The notes under the pieces are model-generated. The model did no database searches. It was not told the origin of the DNA and worked only from the letters and a program-made list of their open reading frames with translations. Below are positions 20,711 through 30,646 of a DNA stretch of 64,000 nucleotides, piece after piece. Position 1 is the stretch's first letter. Each line of letters begins with the position of its first letter. A program made the translations under genes and the position numbers. This stretch comes from Thiohalospira sp. (GTDB lineage: Bacteria; Bacteroidota; Bacteroidia; Bacteroidales; UBA12077): assembly GCA_046538755.1 (NCBI GenBank), contig JBKHIH010000005.1:3061-67060 (forward strand). Reading direction: 5' to 3'.

Positions 20711-22231
20711 ATGAGTAAGCGGTTTATTTATTTTGTTTTAATTATTGTTTTTTGTTTGAGTGCCCTAATTCCCTCAAATATTTTTGCTCAGAAAAAAGAG
20801 CAAATAAAAATTATCAATTCAAATACATTTGAGTATAGTAAGAAGGTAGGCGAAGGTGTTAGGCGATTTATTGGCGATGTGGTTTTTGAACACAATAATG
20901 CAACCATGTATTGCGATAGCGCCTACTTGTTTAGCAAACAAAATATCATCCATGCATATAACAATGTCCATATTAACAGAGGAGATACTTTGCACATGTA
21001 TGGCGATTTTATGAAATATAATGGAAATACCAATGTGGGCAATGTTCGTCGAAATGTTATTTTAAAAGATGATGAAGCTACGCTTACTACCGATTCGCTC
21101 GATTTTAATACCCAAACAAATGTGGCTAATTATTTTAATGGTGGTAAAATTGTTAATAATGAAAATACGCTTGAAAGTATAATTGGGTATTATTACTCAA
21201 ACGACGATTTATTTATTTATAAAGATAGTGTGGTTGTTAAAACTCCAGATTATACAGTTTACACCGATACTTTAAAATATAACACAGAAAATGAAATAGC
21301 TTATTTTTTAGGGCCAACCAATATTTATAATGAAGAAAATCATTTATACGCCGAAAATGGTTGGTATAAAACTAAAGAAAAAAAGTTTCAGTTTAATCAA
21401 AATGCCAGGTATCAGAATAAAGAAAAAATATTAATTGGCGATAGCCTCTTTTTCGATGATTCGAGCGGTATTGGTATTGCTATTGATAATATTGAGATGA
21501 TTGATACCACTGAAAATATGATATTAAAAGGGCATTATGCTTATTATGTGCGCGAGCCCGAACGTTTTTTAGTTACCGATAGTGCATTGCTTATTCAAGT
21601 AACAAATAAAACTGATTCACTTTTTTTACATGCAGATACACTGCGTTCTAATTACGATTCATCAGGAACGCACCGAATACTAAGGGCTTATCATAAAGTT
21701 CAATTGTATAGGTTTGATTTCCAGGCTCGATGCGATTCTATGGTGTATACTTTTGAAGATTCGGTAATTACTATGTACCAGGAACCAATTCTTTGGGCAG
21801 AAGGAAGCCAGATGACAGCAGAATTAGTAAAGGTATATACTAAAAACCAGAAAATTGATTACTTTCATCTCATTGGCAGCTCTTTAATAATTTCTGAAGA
21901 AGCAATAGAGAAATATAATCAGATTCGTGGTAAAGAGATGAAAGGATATATAAGAAATAATAACCTTTACAGAGTAGATGTCTTTGGGAATGGGCAGTCT
22001 ATTTATTATACTAAAGACCAGGAAGAAATTGTTGGAGTAAATTTTGCAGAAAGTAGTGACTTAATTATTTATTTGGAAGAAGGCCAGGTAAGCCGTATCA
22101 ATATGGTAACTCAACCAACAGGAACCCTATTCCCCCCGGGAGAGCTTGAAGAAACTAAATTAAAAGGCTTTAACTGGTTTGAAGATTTAAAGCCAATGTC
22201 AAAGTATGATATTTTCTTTTGGAAAAAATAA
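20711..22231 (+). CDS. OstA-like (LptD N-terminal-like) repeat protein
   Basis: 506 aa. Signal peptide, then repeated beta-jellyroll-type segments (GDVVFEHNNATMYCDSAYL, VHINRGDTLHMYGD...), as in OstA_N-family proteins. Confidence 0.6.
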   Translation: MSKRFIYFVLIIVFCLSALIPSNIFAQKKEQIKIINSNTFEYSKKVGEGVRRFIGDVVFEHNNATMYCDSAYLFSKQNIIHAYNNVHINRGDTLHMYGDFMKYNGNTNVGNVRRNVILKDDEATLTTDSLDFNTQTNVANYFNGGKIVNNENTLESIIGYYYSNDDLFIYKDSVVVKTPDYTVYTDTLKYNTENEIAYFLGPTNIYNEENHLYAENGWYKTKEKKFQFNQNARYQNKEKILIGDSLFFDDSSGIGIAIDNIEMIDTTENMILKGHYAYYVREPERFLVTDSALLIQVTNKTDSLFLHADTLRSNYDSSGTHRILRAYHKVQLYRFDFQARCDSMVYTFEDSVITMYQEPILWAEGSQMTAELVKVYTKNQKIDYFHLIGSSLIISEEAIEKYNQIRGKEMKGYIRNNNLYRVDVFGNGQSIYYTKDQEEIVGVNFAESSDLIIYLEEGQVSRINMVTQPTGTLFPPGELEETKLKGFNWFEDLKPMSKYDIFFWKK

Positions 22232-22252
22232 TGGGAACCACAGAGTTCCCAT
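22231..22252. terminator. Shared hairpin between convergent genes
   Basis: ATGGGAAC (22231-22238) / GTTCCCAT (22245-22252). A-run upstream and a short T-run downstream. It overlaps the + gene stop codon. Confidence 0.5.
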
Positions 22253-22258
22253 TTAAAA

Positions 22259-22480
22259 TTAATATTCATCTTCATTAAAAAAGAAATCATCTTTACTTGG
22301 GTAATCTGGCCAAATATCTTCTATACTTTCATAAATTTCGCCTTCATCTTCGATCTCCTGAAGGTTTTCAATAACTTCAAGCGGTGCTCCTGAACGAATG
22401 GCATAATCAATTAGTTCTTCCTTACTCGCAGGCCATGGGGCGTCCTCTAATTTTGACGCTAATTCTAAAGTCCAATACAT
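22259..22480 (-). CDS. DUF2795 domain protein
   Basis: 73 aa. The WPASKEELIDYAIRSGAPLEVIENLQEI core is typical of DUF2795. Confidence 0.8.
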   Translation of the reverse strand: MYWTLELASKLEDAPWPASKEELIDYAIRSGAPLEVIENLQEIEDEGEIYESIEDIWPDYPSKDDFFFNEDEY

Positions 22481-22515
22481 ATATAATTAGTTTTTATTAC
22501 ACCCTTAAAATTTTG

Positions 22516-22523
22516 CAAATATA
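22516..22523 (-). promoter_or_regulatory. Bacteroidota -7 box (TAnnTTTG) for the DUF2795 gene
   Basis: Minus-strand TATATTTG lies 36 nt upstream of the ATG. Confidence 0.35.
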
Positions 22524-22554
22524 AAAATAATATTGAAAAACAAAACTTTTTTAA

Positions 22555-23109
22555 CTAAACTCTCGGTTTCCATGGTATTTCCTTGGCATACAAATCGATA
22601 GTTAATTTTCGTGATAAAACAAATAAATAATCTGATAATCGGTTGAGGTATTGAATAACTTTTTCACTGTTTTTAAATTGGTTTTGAACTTTTATAGCAA
22701 GCCTTTCCGCTCTTCGGCAAACATTTCTGGAGATATGGCAAAAGGAAACGGTAGTATGTCCGCCAGGTAAAATAAATGAACGTAATGGAGGTAGCTCTTT
22801 TTCCATCATATCAATTTCTTTTTCCAACATTTCAATGTCTTGATCGTAAATTTCAGGAATTTTAACATCACAATTTTCACAATCGGTGGCTAAAATTGAT
22901 GCACAAGTCATTAACCTGTCCTGTATCTCGATTAAAATCAATTTTAATTTTTCCTCAATTTTTTGATCTCTAATAAGCCCTATATATGAAATCAGCTCAT
23001 CAACAGTACCGTAAGCTTCAATCCTGTCGTGATATTTTGGAACTCTCGTTCCTCCTATAAGTGATGTTTCTCCCTTATCACCTGTTTTAGTGTATATTTT
23101 CATATCCAT
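22555..23109 (-). CDS. PduO-type ATP:cob(I)alamin adenosyltransferase
   Basis: 184 aa. MKIYTKTGDKGETSL N-terminus and the CRRAER helix motif are typical of the PduO/MMAB family. Confidence 0.9.
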   Translation of the reverse strand: MDMKIYTKTGDKGETSLIGGTRVPKYHDRIEAYGTVDELISYIGLIRDQKIEEKLKLILIEIQDRLMTCASILATDCENCDVKIPEIYDQDIEMLEKEIDMMEKELPPLRSFILPGGHTTVSFCHISRNVCRRAERLAIKVQNQFKNSEKVIQYLNRLSDYLFVLSRKLTIDLYAKEIPWKPRV

Positions 23110-23167
23110 AAGTAAACTATTTTTTTTAAAGAACGAAAAGAACCGGATTTTGTTTATTCTCGACTCA

Positions 23168-23872
23168 CTAATTTGATCTAACAGGATTAGGGTTCTTCTT
23201 GTCCGATTCTATCATCCCGTCTTTTAATCGGATAATTCTGTGTGCATGCCTTGCAATGTCCTCTTCGTGAGTTACAAGAATAATGGTATTTCCCATTTTA
23301 TGAATTTGGTCAAAAAGGCCTAATATATCCATTGATGTTTTGGAGTCTAAATTACCTGTTGGCTCGTCGGCAAGAATTATTGAAGGATTATTTACTAAAG
23401 CTCTTGCCACAGCAACTCTTTGTCTTTGGCCTCCGGACAGTTCATTGGGCTTATGTGTTATTCTATCTTGCAGGCCAACATTTACAAGAGTTTCTTCAGC
23501 TTTAACCAATCTTTCTTCTTTATTAATACCAGCATAAATTAATGGAAGCGTTACGTTCTCTAAAGCAGTATATCTGGGTAAAAGATTAAAAGTTTGAAAA
23601 ACAAATCCAATTTCTTTATTTCTAATTTCTGCTAATTCATCATCATTTAAATGGCTAACATCTTTATTATTTAAAATATATTGGCCTCCGGTTGGAGTGT
23701 CAAGACATCCTAAAATATTCATCAATGTTGATTTTCCCGAACCCGAAGGGCCCATTATGGCAACATATTCGTTACGGTCAATCGAAACTGAAATCGATCG
23801 TAATGCCCTTATGGTTTCAGCACCAACATGATAATGTTTAATAATGTTTTTTATCTCAATAATTTTTTCCAT
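23168..23872 (-). CDS. ABC transporter ATP-binding protein (LolD/MacB-type)
   Basis: 234 aa. Walker [10 protein letters not shown], signature LSGGQRQR, Walker [12 protein letters not shown]. No permease gene adjacent. Confidence 0.9.
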   Translation of the reverse strand: MEKIIEIKNIIKHYHVGAETIRALRSISVSIDRNEYVAIMGPSGSGKSTLMNILGCLDTPTGGQYILNNKDVSHLNDDELAEIRNKEIGFVFQTFNLLPRYTALENVTLPLIYAGINKEERLVKAEETLVNVGLQDRITHKPNELSGGQRQRVAVARALVNNPSIILADEPTGNLDSKTSMDILGLFDQIHKMGNTIILVTHEEDIARHAHRIIRLKDGMIESDKKNPNPVRSN

Positions 23873-23942
23873 GGTAGGAATAATTTTTGTAAAAAAGTGT
23901 TACGAATTTAATCATTCTTATGATAAAACAATTATTTTTTGT

Positions 23943-24818
23943 TTAAAACTTAACCTTATAATGCCCTTTGGTGATTTCTTTCCTAAAAAAAATAATTCCC
24001 ATCCTAAAAAGATCAATACTTACACTTACTTTCTTGTGTTTTTTAATCTTATCCCAGGCTTTTTCCATATCAGCAGACCAATGGATATCGTCAAAAACAA
24101 AAACAGAATTGTTATGGGCTTTTGCCAGGCATATATCAAAATATTTTAAAGTAGCCTGCTGGTTGTGATTCCCATCGAAAAAAACAAAATCCAATGTATT
24201 AATTTTTTTGAGTACTTCAGGTAATACAGTATTAAAATTTCCATTTAAAAAATTAATATTATTGATTTTTAATACTTTAGTTAATTCTTGTGCGATTTGT
24301 ATTTTTACTTTAACCCCTTCTATAGTTATAATAGTTGATTTTGGTGCTCCTTTAGCAATGTACATCGTACTGATACCTAAAGAAGTACCTATTTCAAGAA
24401 TATTTTCTGGATTAAAATATTTTACCAATCGATAAATTAGCCCACCATATTTTTTTGAAACCGAAGAATTTCGAATGTTTTTGCCAATCGTGGTTGATAT
24501 GATTTGTGAATCTCGATTATTTGTTGATTTTAAATTAGTTATAGCCTTTTTATGCGATCCTGCGCCCATTTCATCAAAAATCAGAGGTTCTGTCGAGTGC
24601 ATATATTTTTTATGCAAATGATAAATTTGCTTTAGATCATCATTAACTTTTTTATTATTAAAAACGTTGGTAATTAAATCAAAAATAAAGGGTGAGTGGA
24701 TCCCGTGCCCTTTAGCGTGTTTCGCAAAAATCCAGTATTTAAGAAAATTTAAAGCAAATTTAAATGATGAAAACATAATGTATAAGATTATCAAAAAAAA
24801 TGTATTATTGTGTAGCAA
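23943..24818 (-). CDS. Class I SAM-dependent methyltransferase
   Basis: 291 aa. GKGHGIHSPFIFD N-region and ILEIGTSLGIST SAM motif I. The true start may be the Met at 24776 (MFSSFKFALNFLKYW), which would widen the divergent gap to recG from 21 to 63 bp. Confidence 0.75.
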   Translation of the reverse strand: MLHNNTFFLIILYIMFSSFKFALNFLKYWIFAKHAKGHGIHSPFIFDLITNVFNNKKVNDDLKQIYHLHKKYMHSTEPLIFDEMGAGSHKKAITNLKSTNNRDSQIISTTIGKNIRNSSVSKKYGGLIYRLVKYFNPENILEIGTSLGISTMYIAKGAPKSTIITIEGVKVKIQIAQELTKVLKINNINFLNGNFNTVLPEVLKKINTLDFVFFDGNHNQQATLKYFDICLAKAHNNSVFVFDDIHWSADMEKAWDKIKKHKKVSVSIDLFRMGIIFFRKEITKGHYKVKF

Positions 24819-24839
24819 AAATAAGTTTTTAAAATATCT

Positions 24840-26945
24840 ATGCCTGAATTTTTACAACAAGAGATTAAATTTTTATCCGGAGTTGGCCCCAAAAGAGCAG
24901 AACTCCTTAATAAAGAATTGAGAATTTTTACTTTTGAAGATTTGTTGTATTATTTTCCTTACAAGTATATCGACCGTTCAAAATTTTACCAAATCAGAGA
25001 TTTAAATCCCGAATTGCCACATATACAGCTAAAAGGTAAAATTATTGGATTTGAACAAATCGGAGGTGGCCGGAAAAAACGTTTGGTAGCTTATTTTACT
25101 GATGGAACCGGAACCATTGAGTTAGTTTGGTTTAGAGGATTAAGTTATATCCAAAAAAGCCTGGCATTAAATAAAGAATATATTGTTTTTGGTAAACCAG
25201 GATATTTTGGTGGAAAATATAATATCATTCATCCTGAAATTGAAGATAGCATAAAAAATCAGAATGAAATAAAAGCTAAGCTACAGGCACATTACAGTAC
25301 TACCGAAAAATTAAAAAAGAACTACCTCACTTCAAAAGCCATTGCAAAACTTGTAAACAACCTGCTATTACAGGTAAAAGATAGAATTAACGAAACATTA
25401 CCAGGCTTTTTAATCACAAAATATAAACTTATTTCTTTACAGGATGCACTTTTTAATATTCATTTCCCACAAAATGCTGAAATTTTAAAAAAAGCAATTT
25501 ACCGTTTAAAATTCGAAGAGTTGTTTTACATACAGCTTAATATCTTGCAAAAAAGAAGTATAAGGCTTAATAAATTCAATGGTTTTGTTTTTTCAAAAGT
25601 AGGAGAAAATCTGAATCAGTTTTATGAGAAGAACCTCCCTTTTGAGCTAACCAATGCACAAAAACGGGTGTTGAAAGAAATCCGTAAAGATATAGGGTCG
25701 GGAAAACAAATGAACCGTTTATTACAAGGTGATGTGGGAAGCGGGAAAACACTGGTTGCTTTAATGAGTATGCTTATTGCTCTCGATAACGGATTTCAGG
25801 CTTGTATTATGGCGCCTACAGAGATCTTGGCAAACCAGCATTTTGAAACATTAAAAGAGTTGCTGGATGCATTGCCTGTAAATGTTCAATTGTTGACCGG
25901 TTCGACAAAAACTGCTGCCAGGAATGATATTCATGTGCAATTAATGAGTGGCGAATTGCACATATTAATCGGAACCCATGCTTTAATTGAAGATACGGTT
26001 AAGTTTAAAAATCTTGGCTTAGTGGTAATCGACGAACAACACCGTTTTGGAGTAGTACAACGTGCAAAACTATGGAAAAAGAATCTTCATCCACCACATG
26101 TGTTGGTAATGACAGCAACTCCAATCCCGCGTACTCTATCAATGACTATTTATGGCGATTTGGATGTTTCTGTTATTGATGAATTGCCACCTGGGCGTAA
26201 ATCTATAAAAACGATTCATTTGTATGATTCGAAACGATTACGGTTATTTGGGTTTATGAAACAACAAATAGAACAGGGGCGCCAGATTTATATCGTTTAC
26301 CCGTTAATAAAAGAATCGGAAAAAATGGATTATAAAGACCTTGAAGATGGGTACGAAAGTATTTCAAGGGCTTTTCCACCACCAAAATATGCAGTAAGTA
26401 TTGTTCACGGACAAATGAAAGCTAAAGAAAAGGATTTTGCCATGAATTTATTTATAAAGGGCAAAACACATATCATGGTAGCTACAACAGTAATTGAAGT
26501 GGGAGTAAATATTCCAAATGCCAGTGTTATGGTTATCGAAAGTGCCGAAAGATTTGGTTTGTCGCAATTGCATCAATTGCGTGGAAGAGTTGGACGTGGT
26601 GCTGATCAATCTTACTGTGTTTTAATGACTGGTTATAAATTATCTAACGAAGCACGTAAAAAAATCGATATTATGACTAAAACCAATGATGGTTTTGAGA
26701 TTGCAGAAGCCGATTTAAAATTGCGTGGCCCTGGTGATATCGAAGGAACGCAACAAAGTGGACTTGCTTTCGGCCTGAAAATTGCAAACCTCGGACAAGA
26801 CGGACAATTGATTCAATATGTAAGAAATATTGCTGAAGATATTTTGGAAAATGACCCTCTGTTAGATAAGGATGATAATCAATTATTGAAAAAGCAACTT
26901 AAAAAAATAGCACAGAAAAAAATTGATTTTAGTGTAATAAGTTGA
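24840..26945 (+). CDS. recG: ATP-dependent DNA helicase RecG
   Basis: 701 aa. Wedge domain, GDVGSGKT Walker A, DEQHRFG, QLRGRVGRG. Confidence 0.95.
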   Translation: MPEFLQQEIKFLSGVGPKRAELLNKELRIFTFEDLLYYFPYKYIDRSKFYQIRDLNPELPHIQLKGKIIGFEQIGGGRKKRLVAYFTDGTGTIELVWFRGLSYIQKSLALNKEYIVFGKPGYFGGKYNIIHPEIEDSIKNQNEIKAKLQAHYSTTEKLKKNYLTSKAIAKLVNNLLLQVKDRINETLPGFLITKYKLISLQDALFNIHFPQNAEILKKAIYRLKFEELFYIQLNILQKRSIRLNKFNGFVFSKVGENLNQFYEKNLPFELTNAQKRVLKEIRKDIGSGKQMNRLLQGDVGSGKTLVALMSMLIALDNGFQACIMAPTEILANQHFETLKELLDALPVNVQLLTGSTKTAARNDIHVQLMSGELHILIGTHALIEDTVKFKNLGLVVIDEQHRFGVVQRAKLWKKNLHPPHVLVMTATPIPRTLSMTIYGDLDVSVIDELPPGRKSIKTIHLYDSKRLRLFGFMKQQIEQGRQIYIVYPLIKESEKMDYKDLEDGYESISRAFPPPKYAVSIVHGQMKAKEKDFAMNLFIKGKTHIMVATTVIEVGVNIPNASVMVIESAERFGLSQLHQLRGRVGRGADQSYCVLMTGYKLSNEARKKIDIMTKTNDGFEIAEADLKLRGPGDIEGTQQSGLAFGLKIANLGQDGQLIQYVRNIAEDILENDPLLDKDDNQLLKKQLKKIAQKKIDFSVIS

Positions 26946-27012
26946 ATTAAAAAAAGTTTTAATCAAATAAAGATAGAAAGTCAATAAGCAAACATAATTT
27001 TCAGCTGATAAT

Positions 27013-27840
27013 ATGAAACAAATCAAACGTGGAATTATTTTTTTAACCATTATATTATTTTCAATCCAGGTATTAAAATCTCAGGAATTTACTTGTGAAA
27101 TTCAAAATAAAGCATTTCAAACGGGTGAAAAACTTACTTATGTAATAACCTACAACTGGTTTTTGGTTTGGACCGATGTTGGAGCGGTGCAATTTGAAGT
27201 ATCTGAAAAGACTTTGTTTGATCAGAAGGTGTTCAATTTAAAAGGTACCGGTGTTACATTCTCGTTTTACGATTGGTTTTTTCAGGTGCGCGATGTATAC
27301 CAATCATGGGTAAATCCCGAAAATTTATTACCTGTTTATTATCATCGCGATGTGAACGAAGATGGTTATATCATTGATATTAAATATCAATTTGATTATG
27401 ATAATATGCTTGCATATTCAGAAGTGGAAAAAACTCATACTCCATATTTTCGTGATACGGTTGAAATTCCACCATGTACATACGATGTAATGTCTGTAAT
27501 CTACCAGGCCAGGAATATCGATTTTTCAAAATATGAAATTGATGAAGAAATACCTTTTAAGATATTATTAGATAATGAAATACATGATGTTTATATAAGA
27601 TATAAAGGAAAAGAACAAAGAAAAGTTCGTGGAGTAGGTAAATTTAATTGTTTAAAATTTACAGGGTCGTTAATTGCCGGCGATGTTTTTAAAGGAGGCG
27701 AAGATTTGGTTTTTTGGGTAACCGACGACGAAAATCGTATTCCGGTTTGGGCTGAAAGCCCGATAATTGTTGGCACCATAAAGGCTCGTTTGGTAGAATA
27801 TGAAGGTTTAAAACACCCTCTGAATTCAAAAGTAAAATAA
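27013..27840 (+). CDS. DUF3108 domain protein (secreted)
   Basis: 275 aa. Signal peptide. The FQTGEKLTYVITYNWFLVWTDVGAVQFEV opening is typical of DUF3108. Confidence 0.7.
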   Translation: MKQIKRGIIFLTIILFSIQVLKSQEFTCEIQNKAFQTGEKLTYVITYNWFLVWTDVGAVQFEVSEKTLFDQKVFNLKGTGVTFSFYDWFFQVRDVYQSWVNPENLLPVYYHRDVNEDGYIIDIKYQFDYDNMLAYSEVEKTHTPYFRDTVEIPPCTYDVMSVIYQARNIDFSKYEIDEEIPFKILLDNEIHDVYIRYKGKEQRKVRGVGKFNCLKFTGSLIAGDVFKGGEDLVFWVTDDENRIPVWAESPIIVGTIKARLVEYEGLKHPLNSKVK

Positions 27841-27921
27841 AATCCTTATTTAAAATCAAACTAAATAAGTGTTAACATAGTAAAAACTGACAAAAAGCAA
27901 TTTTTAATTTTTAAATACCAT

Positions 27922-27929
27922 TATTTTTG
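27922..27929 (+). promoter_or_regulatory. Bacteroidota -7 box (TAnnTTTG) for the rseC-like/rnf operon
   Basis: TATTTTTG lies 30 nt upstream of ATG 27959. Confidence 0.4.
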
Positions 27930-27958
27930 TATCCGATTAAAAATTTGAGAATATTCGG

Positions 27959-28381
27959 ATGTCAAATTCAAAATCAATCGAACATAAAGGCCTTATTGAG
28001 TCAATAGACGGAAACCATATAAAAGTCCGTTTTTTAGCTATATCGGGTTGTGCTTCGTGCCATGCCAAAGGTGTTTGCTCAGCCGCCGATATGCAGGAAA
28101 AAGTGGTTGATGTGTTCGATCAAACCAATCAATACCAAATAGGAGAGACTGTAAGTATTGTTTTAAGGCAATCATTGGGGTTTAAAGCTTTGTGGCTGGG
28201 CTATGTTTTTCCTTTTTTACTGGTTTTATTTTTGCTTATATTATTGAGTGTTATAACACAAAACGAAGTTATTTCCGGAATAGGGGCACTTGCTGTTCTT
28301 ATCCCTTATTATACACTTTTATTTTTCAATAAAGATAAAGTGCGCAAACAATTTACATTTACATTAAATAAAATAGATTAA
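27959..28381 (+). CDS. RseC/MucC-family (SoxR-reducing-system) membrane protein, Rnf-associated
   Basis: 140 aa. N-terminal Cys motif SGCASCHAKGVC followed by two TM helices. Sits at the usual position before rnfB. Confidence 0.8.
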   Translation: MSNSKSIEHKGLIESIDGNHIKVRFLAISGCASCHAKGVCSAADMQEKVVDVFDQTNQYQIGETVSIVLRQSLGFKALWLGYVFPFLLVLFLLILLSVITQNEVISGIGALAVLIPYYTLLFFNKDKVRKQFTFTLNKID

Positions 28382-28391
28382 AATCTGAAAC

Positions 28392-29303
28392 ATGAGTACA
28401 ACCATTTTATTTACTATTATTTCACTTAGTGCGATTGGGGCAGGGGCTGCAGTAATCTTGTATTTTGTAGCTCAGAAATTTAAGGTTTATGAGGATCCCC
28501 GTATCGACCAGGTAGAAGAAGCCCTTCCAGCTGCAAACTGTGGTGGTTGTGGTTATCCCGGTTGTCGTGGGTTTGCTGAAGCATTGGTTAAAGCCGATGA
28601 TATTTCAGACCTTTACTGCCCTGTTGGTGGAAACGATACTATGGCCGAAGTTGCCAAAATTTTGGGTAAAGAGGTTGGAGTAAAAGACCCGTTAGTAGCA
28701 GTGGTAAGATGTTCAGGGACACCCGAACACAGACAACGTATTAATCAATTTGATGGAGCTTCTTCTTGTATAATTTCTTCAAGTTTATATGCAGGCGAAA
28801 CAGCATGTCAATATGGTTGCCTTGGATTAGGCGATTGTGTTGATGCTTGCGATTTTGATGCCATTTATATGGATGAAGAAACAGGATTGCCTGTTGTTGT
28901 TGATGATAACTGTACAGCTTGCGGAGCCTGTGTTAAAGCTTGCCCAAATGATATTATCGAGCTAAGAAAGAAAAATAAAAAAGACCGCAAAATCTTTGTC
29001 TCCTGTGTTAACCAGGATAAAGGTGGCATAGCCAGAAAAGCATGTAAAGTAGCTTGTATTGGTTGTGGTAAATGCGTTAAAGTGTGTCCGTTTGATGCAA
29101 TTACCATGGAAAATTTCCTTGCATATATCGATCCGAATAAATGTAAACTTTGCAGGAAATGTGTTCCTGAATGCCCTACTGGTGCAATCCTTGAAATTAA
29201 TTTTCCACCACGGAAAGTTAAAGAAGAAAATAAGGATGCCAATACGGAACAAAAAGAAGTAACAGAAAAAAAAGAAAACAATTCATCAACTCAAAATAAT
29301 TAA
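28392..29303 (+). CDS. rnfB: Rnf electron transport complex subunit B
   Basis: 303 aa. N-terminal TM, CGGCGYPGCRGFAEA motif, several CxxCxxCxxxCP ferredoxin motifs. Antisense ORFs 28865-29281 and 28962-29252 are shadows. Confidence 0.92.
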   Translation: MSTTILFTIISLSAIGAGAAVILYFVAQKFKVYEDPRIDQVEEALPAANCGGCGYPGCRGFAEALVKADDISDLYCPVGGNDTMAEVAKILGKEVGVKDPLVAVVRCSGTPEHRQRINQFDGASSCIISSSLYAGETACQYGCLGLGDCVDACDFDAIYMDEETGLPVVVDDNCTACGACVKACPNDIIELRKKNKKDRKIFVSCVNQDKGGIARKACKVACIGCGKCVKVCPFDAITMENFLAYIDPNKCKLCRKCVPECPTGAILEINFPPRKVKEENKDANTEQKEVTEKKENNSSTQNN

Positions 29304-29308
29304 GGAGG
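29303..29308 (+). promoter_or_regulatory. Shine-Dalgarno-like AGGAGG, 6 nt before the rnfC GTG
   Basis: TAAGGAGGGATAAAGTG. It lies in the 11-nt rnfB-rnfC spacer, and its first A is shared with the rnfB TAA stop codon (29301-29303). Confidence 0.6.
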
Positions 29309-29314
29309 GATAAA

Positions 29315-30646
29315 GTGTTAAAAACATTTGCTAAAGGCGGCGTTCATCCAGCAGAAGGTAAGTATTCTGCCCAAAGTGCAATTGAAAACCTGCCGCTCCC
29401 AAAAACAGTATTTATACCAATTGCCCAGCATATTGGTGCGCCCTCTAAACCTGTTGTCAAAAAAGGCGATAAGGTTAAAGTTGGGGATATCATTGCCGAA
29501 AGTGCAGGATTTGTTTCTGCCAACATTCACTCTTCCGTTTCGGGAACCGTTGCTAAAATCGACGATGTTCTTGATTCTACCGGATATAAAAAACCTTGTG
29601 TTATTATTGATGTAGAAGGTGATGAGTGGAATGAAAATATTGACCGGTCGGATGATTTAAAAAAAGAAATTAGTTTAACTGAAAAAGAGATCATTCAAAA
29701 AATAAACCAATCAGGAATTGTTGGACTTGGAGGAGCAACGTTTCCTTCCCATGTTAAACTTTCTGTTCCTGATGGTAAAAAAATAGATGTACTAATTATT
29801 AACGGTGTAGAATGTGAGCCTTATCTTACATCAGACCATCGCTTAATGCTGGAAAAAGCTGATGAAATGCTTGTTGGCATACAGATATTAATGAAAGCAT
29901 TAAGTGTAAACAGGGCAATAATTGGTATTGAAAATAATAAAACAGATGCGATTGAACACCTTGGTGGATTAGTGAAGAGTTATCCGGGTATTGAGGTGCA
30001 GGCATTAAAAGTTAAATATCCCCAAGGAGGCGAAAAACAATTGATTCAGGCATTAATTAAGCGTGAAGTCCCTTCTGGTGGATTACCTCTTGAAGTTGGT
30101 GCGGTAGTTCATAATGTAGGAACTGCATTTGCAGTTTATGAAGCAGTACAGAAAAATAAACCTCTGTTCGAAAGGGTAGTAACTGTTACTGGTGAATCGG
30201 TAAAAAAACCTTCGAACTTTATGGTTCGTATCGGAACACCGGTAAATAACCTTATCGAAGCTGCAGGCGGTTTACCCGATGATACCGGTAAGATTATTAA
30301 CGGCGGGCCTATGATGGGTAAAGCTTTAAATTCTTTAGATGTACCTGTTGTTAAGGGAACATCGGGAATACTTATTTTACCAGAAAAAATGGCCAAACGT
30401 AAAACCGAATGCAACTGTATCCGTTGTGCCAAATGTGTTTCTGTTTGCCCACAAGGCCTGGAGCCTTATTTATTAAATAAGTTAACACAACTAGAGAAAA
30501 ATGATATACTGGAAAAAAATGGAGTAATGGATTGTATAGAATGCGGTTCGTGTGCTTTTACATGCCCTGCTGGATTACCATTGCTTGATTATATCCGATT
30601 AGGAAAATCCAGAGTAAGTCGAATCATTAGATCAAGAAAACAATAA
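29315..30646 (+). CDS. rnfC: Rnf electron transport complex subunit C
   Basis: 443 aa, GTG start. GLGGATFPSHVK nucleotide-binding region. C-terminal CIRCAKCVSVCP and CIECGSCAFTCP. Confidence 0.93.
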   Translation: MLKTFAKGGVHPAEGKYSAQSAIENLPLPKTVFIPIAQHIGAPSKPVVKKGDKVKVGDIIAESAGFVSANIHSSVSGTVAKIDDVLDSTGYKKPCVIIDVEGDEWNENIDRSDDLKKEISLTEKEIIQKINQSGIVGLGGATFPSHVKLSVPDGKKIDVLIINGVECEPYLTSDHRLMLEKADEMLVGIQILMKALSVNRAIIGIENNKTDAIEHLGGLVKSYPGIEVQALKVKYPQGGEKQLIQALIKREVPSGGLPLEVGAVVHNVGTAFAVYEAVQKNKPLFERVVTVTGESVKKPSNFMVRIGTPVNNLIEAAGGLPDDTGKIINGGPMMGKALNSLDVPVVKGTSGILILPEKMAKRKTECNCIRCAKCVSVCPQGLEPYLLNKLTQLEKNDILEKNGVMDCIECGSCAFTCPAGLPLLDYIRLGKSRVSRIIRSRKQ